A stretch of 64,000 nucleotides of DNA from IMG/VR virus record IMGVR_UViG_3300050821_017216, positions 32,001-96,000 of that record, one strand, 5' to 3'. The stretch comes from a virus. This document shows positions 8,282 to 15,939 of this stretch, one piece after another. Numbering within the stretch: position 1 is the first letter of the stretch; each line of letters opens with the position of its first letter. Below the pieces are notes generated by a model that was given only the letters and a program-made list of their open reading frames with translations, ran no database searches and was not told the DNA's origin. A program made the position numbers and the translations under genes.

Positions 8282-8850
8282 TGGTGCGGCGCGAGATCCG
8301 GGGGCTACGACGTCGTGAGACTGGGAGCGACCTGCGAGGGGTGCTCGACCACCTCGATCCGAGGTTCCGTCAGGCGCTGCACGCCGCCGCGGGCGCGTAC
8401 CGCAGACTCGGCGTCCGCTACGCGCTCATCGGGGGCGTGGCGGCCGGCGCGTACGGTCGGCCGCGCGCGACTAAGGACATCGACTTCCTCGTCGGCGACG
8501 AGGCGTTCGACTCGGTCGGCTCCGTCATCAGCTTCAAGGCCGGTGTCCCGCAGGAGGCGTGCGAGGTGCCGATCGACAACATCCCGCCGCACGTCCGCTA
8601 CCGCGACGTCTACGAGCGCGCGCTCGACGGGGCGGTCGAGAGCGACGAGCCTGGCGTCCTCATCGCGACGCCTGAGATGGTGGGCTTCACGAAGCTGGTC
8701 GGCGGTCGCATGCGCGACGTCGCGGCGGTCGCCGAGATGCTTGAGTCTGGCACGGTGGATCCCGACGTCCTCGAGAGGCTGTTGATGGACTACCCAGAGC
8801 TGCACGAGAGGTTCGGGCGCGCGGTGATCGAATGGAGAGGTCAACGATGA
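8281..8850 (+). CDS. Nucleotidyltransferase family protein (DUF6036/AbiEii-like)
   Basis: YALIGGVA...YGRPRATKDIDFLV; K...GR.RD..D-like C-terminus. Confidence 0.8.
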   Translation: MVRREIRGLRRRETGSDLRGVLDHLDPRFRQALHAAAGAYRRLGVRYALIGGVAAGAYGRPRATKDIDFLVGDEAFDSVGSVISFKAGVPQEACEVPIDNIPPHVRYRDVYERALDGAVESDEPGVLIATPEMVGFTKLVGGRMRDVAAVAEMLESGTVDPDVLERLLMDYPELHERFGRAVIEWRGQR

Positions 8851-9503
8851 GACTCGTAGTCGTGGAGAGCCCGTACGCGGGCGACGTGGAGCGAAACCTG
8901 CGGTACCTGGACGCCGCGCTCGCCGACTGCTTCGCTCGCGGCGAAGCGCCGTTCGCGTCGCACGGCTTGTACACGAGGAAGGGTGTCCTCGACGACACGG
9001 TCCCCGACGAGCGCGCGCGCGGGATCCGCGCCGGCTTCGCGTGGGGCGAGCAGGCGGACGCCGTGGTCGTCTACGAGGACCTCGGCCTGTCGCCGGGGAT
9101 GCTCGCGGGCATCGAGCGTGCGCACAAGCGTGGGCAGGTGGTCGAGCGGCGGCGCCTTCCTGGCTGGGACCGACAGCGACTGGCGCAGGTGGCGCAGCGC
9201 GCGGAGCGCACTCAGTGGATGTGGCAGCGCGTCGAGAACGGTCTGCACGGATACGACGTGGTGATCTTTGGGACTCGATACGGGGGAGCGTACGAGGGTG
9301 GTGAGTGGGTCGCGTGGGTCGGCGATCCCGAGTGGCTGGATCACCACCAGTCGGGCGACGTCGCGTGCGAGGAGTTCTGGAGCGACTACCGGGATGCGCC
9401 GATCGGGCGCGGCGACTCGCCGCACGCCGCGTACGAGCATCTGGTTCGGGTAGCCGGGACCGCCAAGGGTCGTGTCGCGCCACCGGTCGACGGGGGTGGC
9501 TGA
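8847..9503 (+). CDS. Phage protein with N-terminal nucleoside deoxyribosyltransferase-like domain plus a second domain
   Basis: VVVESPYAGDVERN..Y......GEAPFASH..Y; VVYEDLG.S.GM..GI. Confidence 0.6.
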   Translation: MRLVVVESPYAGDVERNLRYLDAALADCFARGEAPFASHGLYTRKGVLDDTVPDERARGIRAGFAWGEQADAVVVYEDLGLSPGMLAGIERAHKRGQVVERRRLPGWDRQRLAQVAQRAERTQWMWQRVENGLHGYDVVIFGTRYGGAYEGGEWVAWVGDPEWLDHHQSGDVACEEFWSDYRDAPIGRGDSPHAAYEHLVRVAGTAKGRVAPPVDGGG

Positions 9504-9506
9504 GTC

Positions 9507-9962
9507 GTGAAGCACCTGACCCACCACTTCTGGCTCACCGACGACGGTGCCACGCTCTGCGAGCCGTGCGGGGCGACGTACCGCGCCTCCGTATCCGAGG
9601 TGATCGCGTTTTCCATGTTCATAGAGCGCCACCGCGTGTGCGGGCAGCGCACTCAGAAGGTCGCGATCCCGTACAGGGTAATCCCGAACAAGCCCGAGCG
9701 TACTGCCGCTCCCGCCGTCGACGTGCAGTCGATCGTCGATCATGCTGACCTGGCGGAGCACTACGCGCGCGCGTGTCGTGGCGACAAGACGCGGGCCCTG
9801 CTCATGGCGCTCGACGCCGGGTTCGACTTCACGCGCGTCGTGGGGGCGTTCGGCAACGAGGGGGTCGCGATCTCGTTCCAGTGCCTGCTCAACGGGTGGA
9901 TCGATCGGGGGCGGATCACCGACGCGGGTAGGGTCAAACTTCAGATGGGAGCGGACGCGTGA
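9507..9962 (+). CDS. Hypothetical protein
   Basis: Coupled gene run. Confidence 0.6.
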   Translation: MKHLTHHFWLTDDGATLCEPCGATYRASVSEVIAFSMFIERHRVCGQRTQKVAIPYRVIPNKPERTAAPAVDVQSIVDHADLAEHYARACRGDKTRALLMALDAGFDFTRVVGAFGNEGVAISFQCLLNGWIDRGRITDAGRVKLQMGADA

Positions 9963-10222
9963 TCATCGCCAAGACAGTTGAACCACCGCCAGGCAAGCGC
10001 GTCGGGCAGGGCGGTCAAGTCGAGTGCGACCACCCGAAGCGGCGCGGCCCGCTCACTCCCAAGTGGGACCTGTACCAGCGAGAGGGTGACGTCTGCGACG
10101 CGTGTGGGTGGAGGGAGGCCCTGCCGATGCGGGTGTTCAGTGAGGACGGCAGCTCGGAAGAGGTCAACGCCGTCGACTTCTTTCGCTCGGTGATCGCCAA
10201 GGAGCGAGGTGACGGGTCGTGA
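9959..10222 (+). CDS. Hypothetical protein
   Basis: GTGA overlap; CxH...CxxC. Confidence 0.6.
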   Translation: MIIAKTVEPPPGKRVGQGGQVECDHPKRRGPLTPKWDLYQREGDVCDACGWREALPMRVFSEDGSSEEVNAVDFFRSVIAKERGDGS

Positions 10223-10473
10223 CCAACGTCGACAAGGCGCTCTTGTTGTCCGAATGGGCTGGCGTCCACGGTGTGGACGCCGACGCGTGCTGCCCGTGCT
10301 GCGAGGCGTACGTGTGCACCGGCAAGCGCCACGAGCCGAACTGCCCGATGGATCTCGCGTTGTCCGAGCGCGGGTACTGCGTGCAGGAGGAGCGGGAACG
10401 TGCGCGCGACCACATCTTTCGCGGCGAGGCCGCTACCGCGCCGACGCTGCCGCCGAGCGGGGAGGACCGATGA
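10219..10473 (+). CDS. Hypothetical Cys-rich protein
   Basis: GTGA overlap; CPCC...H.P.C. Confidence 0.6.
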   Translation: MTNVDKALLLSEWAGVHGVDADACCPCCEAYVCTGKRHEPNCPMDLALSERGYCVQEERERARDHIFRGEAATAPTLPPSGEDR

Positions 10474-10787
10474 CGCGCGAGGTGTCGAGCGAGGCGGTCG
10501 TTGGTGATGTCGGCACCGTCGATCGGTTCATGGAGCGCTTAGCGGGGCAAGCTACGGAGCTCGACGGGATGCTCGGGAGCCTGTCGGGGATCCTCGCGGA
10601 GATCGGCGGTATCAAGGACGCGATCGTGTCGGTGGATCACCGGCAGGCGCGCGTGTCGGGGTACCTCAGGCAGACCGCAGATCGGATGCGGTACATCGCG
10701 CGTAAGGAGCGCGGCGTGCGCAAGCGCGACCTGGTGCTCGGGATCCGGCGACTCACTGAGTTGGCCGATCGTTTGGAGCGCGAGTGA
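10470..10787 (+). CDS. Hypothetical coiled-coil protein
   Basis: ATGA overlap, GGAGG RBS. Confidence 0.6.
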   Translation: MTREVSSEAVVGDVGTVDRFMERLAGQATELDGMLGSLSGILAEIGGIKDAIVSVDHRQARVSGYLRQTADRMRYIARKERGVRKRDLVLGIRRLTELADRLERE

Positions 10788-11002
10788 GGCGCCGCCGAAC
10801 TTCGCTCGAGGAGCGGCTGGCGTGGGACCAGTACGCCGCCGCGTGGGCGGTCGCGCTGGGGTTCACCCACCAGCACCGCGAGGACGGCGAGGAGGACCCG
10901 CTGACGGCCGCCGAGTACGCCGACGACATGCTCGCCGAGCGCAGGAAGCGGTTCGGGCGCGCGCGCAAGGCGGCGCGGCGCACCGCGGCGAGGCTGCACT
11001 GA
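10784..11002 (+). CDS. Hypothetical protein
   Basis: GTGA overlap; WDQYAAAWA...ADDML.ER. Confidence 0.55.
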   Translation: MRRRRTSLEERLAWDQYAAAWAVALGFTHQHREDGEEDPLTAAEYADDMLAERRKRFGRARKAARRTAARLH

Positions 11003-11022
11003 AAGGGTTAGAGGTCAATACC

Positions 11023-11532
11023 GTGGCGAAGTTCAGACTGAAACCGACGCCGGTCGATGCCGTCCAGCTCCGCTGGGACACCTGGGGCGACGTGTGCGAA
11101 CTCATCGGCGCACCGGGAGGCCTCAAGGAGGGTCACCCCGAGGGCTGCTATGTCGATCAGGACGGCGAGGAGACCGACGACACGAACGGTCGCATCGGGC
11201 TCAAGATCCCGCGCTCCATCCACGGCGTGGACGGTCATGAGATCGCCGTGCAGGATGACTGGATCGTCCGGATGAGCGGCGAACTGGTGGTCCATAGCCA
11301 CGCGAGCTTCACGTCGCTGTTCGAGTCGCCCGCCGACTACGCGGTCGCCTACGAGCCGGACTGGGTCAAGTACCCGAAGCTCGCCGCCGCGCTCGCAAAC
11401 CGCCCGCCCGAGTACGGGCAGGAGCTCCGCGCGCTGCTCGTCGACGCGCGCGCCGACGCCGTGCAGTACGTCCGCGACGTGCGGGCCGACGAGCTGGCCC
11501 GAGCGAGAGAGAGCGGGAGGGGCGAGCGATGA
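11023..11532 (+). CDS. Conserved phage protein (KFRLKP..VDAVQ type)
   Basis: N-terminus and DWIV.....L....F..LFE pattern common in phages. Confidence 0.6.
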   Translation: MAKFRLKPTPVDAVQLRWDTWGDVCELIGAPGGLKEGHPEGCYVDQDGEETDDTNGRIGLKIPRSIHGVDGHEIAVQDDWIVRMSGELVVHSHASFTSLFESPADYAVAYEPDWVKYPKLAAALANRPPEYGQELRALLVDARADAVQYVRDVRADELARARESGRGER

Positions 11533-11951
11533 CCGCGCGGGTCGCCGGGCTCCCGGTGGGGGCTCTCGTGAGGCGCGACGCGATCCACCCCGCGATGCGC
11601 GAGGCGCTCGGCGCCTTCGAGGTGCTCCGCCGGTTCGGCTTCGAGTCCGACGACATCTTCTTCCACCAGAACGCGGAGGAGGTCCCCGGGCGCGAGCCGA
11701 AGGGGATGATGTTCGTGGTGCTCAAGACGCAGGGCAAGGACTTCTCGATCCGCGTGGGCGTCGTCGACCTGCCCTACGAGGTGTGGATCGAGGAGTGGAC
11801 AGCCGTCGCGACCGCCGCCGCCGAGAAGCGGATCGTCGGGGTCGATCGGATCGTAGATGAGAGCTTGGCGCGCAGCGAGATGGTGGGGCTGCTTCTGGCG
11901 ATCCATGGAAAGGGGATCCGTGTCCCCGTCGCCCAGCTGGGTCTCTCTTGA
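11529..11951 (+). CDS. Hypothetical protein
   Basis: Coupled gene run. Confidence 0.6.
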   Translation: MTARVAGLPVGALVRRDAIHPAMREALGAFEVLRRFGFESDDIFFHQNAEEVPGREPKGMMFVVLKTQGKDFSIRVGVVDLPYEVWIEEWTAVATAAAEKRIVGVDRIVDESLARSEMVGLLLAIHGKGIRVPVAQLGLS

Positions 11952-12331
11952 GCCAGCTCTCGTTCTTCGGCGCACCGCCACCCAAGCCACCGGCGGATCT
12001 ACCGCCTGCGGCAGTCGCGATCCTGGCCGCCGCCAGGTCGCTGGCTTTCACGACGCGGGTCACTCGCGGCTGCTGGGGCGTGGCTGTCGGCGTCAAGCGC
12101 CGGTGGACGCTGCGTTGGGACCGCTGCTGCGCGCTCGGGGCCTACCTCGTCGCCGTCGAGGCGGTCGCCGGACCGAGCGAGCAGTCGCCGCGCGCGACCG
12201 TCACCCGACTGCTCGGGTTGACCCACGATCAGGTCACCGCGTTCACGCGCGGGTTCGACGGGTTGCCGGGCGACGGTTCGGAGTGGTACCGGTACGGCGC
12301 GCGGGTCGCGGAGGAGGTCATTACCCCATGA
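11948..12331 (+). CDS. Hypothetical protein
   Basis: TTGA overlap; CCALGAYL...F..GFD. Confidence 0.55.
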   Translation: MSQLSFFGAPPPKPPADLPPAAVAILAAARSLAFTTRVTRGCWGVAVGVKRRWTLRWDRCCALGAYLVAVEAVAGPSEQSPRATVTRLLGLTHDQVTAFTRGFDGLPGDGSEWYRYGARVAEEVITP

Positions 12332-12771
12332 GCGATGATGAGAGGTCCGCTATCGAGACGGTCGTGCGAGCGCCAGACCCGTATGTGACCGTGAGCCTGC
12401 CGGGCGTGCTGCTGGTCAGGGAGACCGAGATCGGGGCGAAGGTGCTGCGGTCGGCGCTCAACGGGCTGTTCGAGCGGCTCGGTGACCGAAAGGTGTCGAT
12501 CGCTTTGACGACGCTCGATCCGCCAACGTACGCCGAGGGTGCCAAGATCGACGACGGTGTCACGCTGCTGCGATCGGCGTTCGGTGCTGACGGCAACGAA
12601 CCGATGGAGGAGGCCGCGCGGCGCGTCGTGCGCGCCTACGTCAACCGGGACAGCCGAATACCTACCGCGCGAGACGCCGTCATCGAGGCGGCCATGATCG
12701 TCTGCCGCCCGGGACCCAGCTGGAACGTCGAGGAGGCGTGCGCGGTCCTGCGTCGCACGGGTGTTCCGTGA
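12328..12771 (+). CDS. Hypothetical protein
   Basis: ATGA overlap. Confidence 0.6.
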   Translation: MSDDERSAIETVVRAPDPYVTVSLPGVLLVRETEIGAKVLRSALNGLFERLGDRKVSIALTTLDPPTYAEGAKIDDGVTLLRSAFGADGNEPMEEAARRVVRAYVNRDSRIPTARDAVIEAAMIVCRPGPSWNVEEACAVLRRTGVP

Positions 12772-13076
12772 CGGGGGTCGAGATCATCGCCGTAGCGTGC
12801 GGCGCGAGCGTCGTCGGTGTCGCGGTCATCGTGAAGTCGACGCTCGACTTCGCCCGGTGGACCCTCACCGAGGACCGCCTGAGCGACCCGGTCGAGCGTA
12901 GACGCGCGGAACTCAAGCGCAGGTGCGTGGAACTCGAGCGCCGACGCAAGGAGCTCGTGACCAGGAGCGCGCACGAGGTGGCTGGGGCAGATACCTGGAA
13001 CAAACTCAACGAGTACATCAACCAAGTCGACCGGCAGATCGACGAGTTGGACAAGGCGGCCCAGGACACACCATGA
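12768..13076 (+). CDS. Hypothetical membrane-anchored coiled-coil protein
   Basis: N-terminal hydrophobic helix. Confidence 0.6.
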   Translation: MTGVEIIAVACGASVVGVAVIVKSTLDFARWTLTEDRLSDPVERRRAELKRRCVELERRRKELVTRSAHEVAGADTWNKLNEYINQVDRQIDELDKAAQDTP

Positions 13077-13264
13077 CTCCCGCTCGCGCCATGCACCAAG
13101 ATCTATGGTCGGCCCTGCGCAGGGTGCGGGACGGTGAACTCCCAGGGAGTCCTGGGTTGCGGGACCTGCTCATCGAGCGCGGGCTCATCGAGTGGGTCCC
13201 CGGTGAGTCTGGACTCCGCCTAACGGCCAGTGGTGTTCGCGTGATACAGAAAGAGGGCCGGTGA
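13073..13264 (+). CDS. Hypothetical protein (winged-helix-like)
   Basis: L..RGLIEW......LT..G pattern. Confidence 0.5.
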   Translation: MTPARAMHQDLWSALRRVRDGELPGSPGLRDLLIERGLIEWVPGESGLRLTASGVRVIQKEGR

Positions 13265-13327
13265 CCGCGAGTGGACCGAAGTATCCTCTACGCCGTCCGC
13301 GACCGTACGTCGACCGGAGGAACCCAC

Positions 13328-13510
13328 ATGCTCAAGACCGCAATCGCCACGATTCTCGCCATCGTCGCTGTCGCGAACTGCCAACCGCCGCGCGCGACTT
13401 ACATCGAGTGCGGAAGCGGCCTGCGCTGTCCGATCAACACCGTGTGCGGTGGCGGTCCGTACGCGATCTGCGGGCCGGGCGCGTGCTGTCCGGTGAGTGG
13501 AAGTCCGTGA
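13328..13510 (+). CDS. Small Cys-rich exported (lipo)protein
   Basis: Signal-like MLKTAIATILAIVAVANC followed by further Cys residues; GGAGG RBS. Confidence 0.55.
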   Translation: MLKTAIATILAIVAVANCQPPRATYIECGSGLRCPINTVCGGGPYAICGPGACCPVSGSP

Positions 13511-13559
13511 CGGCTGGCGACGATCACTCCATGGCGAGACCGGTCCCTCGATCCCTCAA

Positions 13560-15898
13560 GGCGAGGTCGTCGAACGAGCCTCGCGGATGCTCACTCGCGA
13601 GCTGCGAGTCGCGGCGAACGGTCGTGTAAGTCCTGGTTCATCGAGTCGAGGTTGAAGAACGACCTCGCTGGACTCGTATCGTTTACCGTCCGCTTGCCAG
13701 GTCGAGGTCGTCGATCGACCTCGTCGTACCGACAGCCATCGCTCTTCTTCCAGAAGGCGAACCGCTACTAGTCGAGGCCGCCGATCGGTCTCGCTGTCGT
13801 ATCGACTGCCCCAGAATTGCAGCTCCATCTCAGGTCGAGATCGACGATCGACCTCGCTGTCATTCCGACTCGTGCCGCAGCGGCAATCTACCTCTCTGGC
13901 GTGGAGTGTCGAGGTCGTCGATCAACCTCGCTGGCGTTACAACGGCGCAGGTGCTGCACGTCAAGGTCGTCGGTCGACCTCGCTGTCCCCGCGCCTACCT
14001 GCCGGCCCCGCTTGTGTCGAAGTCGTCGATCGACTCCGCTGTCGTCGCGACACACCGCCGACGTACGCGATACGTCGGAGTCCTCGATCGGCTCCGCTGT
14101 CGTCGCGACGGCACGGCGGGCGCTGTTGCGCGCCCTGGTGGGAGTCGGAGTCTTCGATCGACTCCGCTGCCGTCGCGACCGCGCGGTGGTCGTCGAGCGC
14201 AGCTTACGGTGGGACGTCGCGACATGGTTGCGGTGTCTACGCAACTGACTCCGGCGGAGACGTCGGAGTCTTCGATCGACTCCGCTGCCGTCGCGACCCT
14301 CTGGACGGTCTGCATACCCGTAAGGGGACCCGTCACGACCCAATCGCGGCGCCGCCTAGCGCGCCACTGGCTGCGGTCGGAGTCTTCGATCGACTCCGCT
14401 ACCGTCGCGACGCGCCACGTGGTGCCGGGCCACTGGCACGACATCCCGTCGGAGTCTTCGATCGACCCCGCTGTCGTCATAACCTCTAGCTTCTTCGAGT
14501 GCGCGTTCGTCAGCCGCGTGTCGGAGTCTTCGATCGACCCCGCTGCCGTCGCGACGGGCCGGCAAAATCCACGGCGTCGGAGTCTTCGATCGACTCCGCT
14601 GCCGTCGCGACCGATGCCCAATCGGCCTCGCTGGGGAAGCCGTAGTTCGCGTCGGAGTCTTCGATCGACCCCGCTGCCGTCGCGACTTCCGAACGCTAGG
14701 TTGATGCCAACGCCGACTACAGCGAGTCGGAGTCTTCGATCGACTCCGCTGTCGATGTCGACTGCGCTGAGCTGCATCGGAGTCTTCGATCGACTCCGCT
14801 ACCGTCGTGACAAGGCGCATCGCCATGGAACCCCGAGTCGAGGTCGTCGATCGACCTCGCAGTCGTTCCGACTTACGCGGCGATCCCGCGAAGGTTCCAA
14901 TCGTAGTCGTCGAGGTCGTCGATCGACCTCGCAGTCGTTCCGACCGCGGCCGCGCGCGCAGTATGAGCGGGGCTCGCCGTGTCGAGGTCGTCGATCGACC
15001 TCGCTGTCGTTCCGACTCGAGGTCACAGTCGAGGAGTTCGAGGGAAGAACTCGTCGAGGTCGTCGATCGACCTCGCTGTCGTTCCGACCCGCGTCTGGCA
15101 CCGCCAGCTCGGCGTTGCACTCCACCGGTCGAGGTCGTCGATCGACCTCGCTGTCGTTCCGACATGCGCATCGTCCGGTTGCCCTTGAGCAACGTGTACG
15201 TGTCGAGGTTGTCGATCGACCTCGCTGTCGTTCCGACAGTACGCCTGCGGCGGCGGAGGAGGCGGGGCGAACTGGTCGAGGTCGTCGATCGACCTCGCTG
15301 TCGTTCCGACCTGCGTCGGCAGCGCCAGCACGTCGACGTCGTCGTGGTCGAGGTCGTCGATCGACCTCGCTGTCGTTCCGACGTCGCGCCGAATGCGCTT
15401 CGCAACGGAGCCCTTGTATCGAGGTCGTCGATCGACCTCGCTGTCGTTCCGACCCTGGAAGAGTTTTCGCGCAAGTTTCGCAGGAAGGGTGTCGAGGTCG
15501 TCGATCGACCTCGCTGTCGTTCCGACGGTGCTCTTGAGCGGGCCCAGTTTCTGCTCGACCTGCTGTCGAGGTCGTCGATCGACCTCGCTGTCGTTCCGAC
15601 CTTGCGAAGTCGCCAACGCTTTTGCGCTCGCACACGGCGTCGAGGTCGTCGATCGACCTCGCTGTCGTTCCGACAGCGCGTGGACGCGAAGATGAGCGAG
15701 CGCGAGCGCCAGTCGAGGTCGTCGATCGACCTCGCTGTCGTTCCGACGATGTGAGCGAGTGAGGGGAGACGGGAACTGACGGTCCGGGGTCGAGGTCGTC
15801 GATCGACCTCGCTGTCGTTCCGACGTCGCCGCCGTGACAACGGGGGCCTCCGTCCCGCTCTTGTCGAGGTCGTCGATCGACCTCGCTGTCGTTCCGAC
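13560..15898 (-). CRISPR. CRISPR array of about 35 repeat units, two 36-bp repeat families; probably transcribed on the minus strand
   Basis: Family A (minus GTCGGAACGACAGCGAGGTCGATCGACGACCTCGAC) x15 at 14837-15898 with 35-41 bp spacers; family B (minus GTCGCGACGGCAGCGGAGTCGATCGAAGACTCCGAC) x10 at 14074-14811, two 8-nt remnants, A/B hybrid at 14016; about 7 degenerate A-type repeats at 13560-13995. Confidence 0.97.
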
Positions 15899-15939
15899 AG
15901 GTAACGTTATGTTGTCAATGATCTTGTAGGCTTACCGAC
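15899..15939 (-). promoter_or_regulatory. Short AT-rich CRISPR leader
   Basis: 41 bp between the cas stop and the first (consensus) repeat; repeats degrade away from this end. Confidence 0.6.

Noticed and set aside
13817-15840. Long ORFs across the array (e.g. 13906-15537, 14356-15840, 14807-15754)
   Set aside because: Artefacts of stop-free GC-rich CRISPR repeats; the translations are periodic repeat peptides.
13560-15898. Self-targeting spacers within the window
   Set aside because: Several spacers checked by eye gave no match; the check was not exhaustive and needs BLAST.
15899-15939. TTGACA in the leader as an array promoter
   Set aside because: No -10 hexamer at 16-18 bp spacing; that position falls inside the first repeat.
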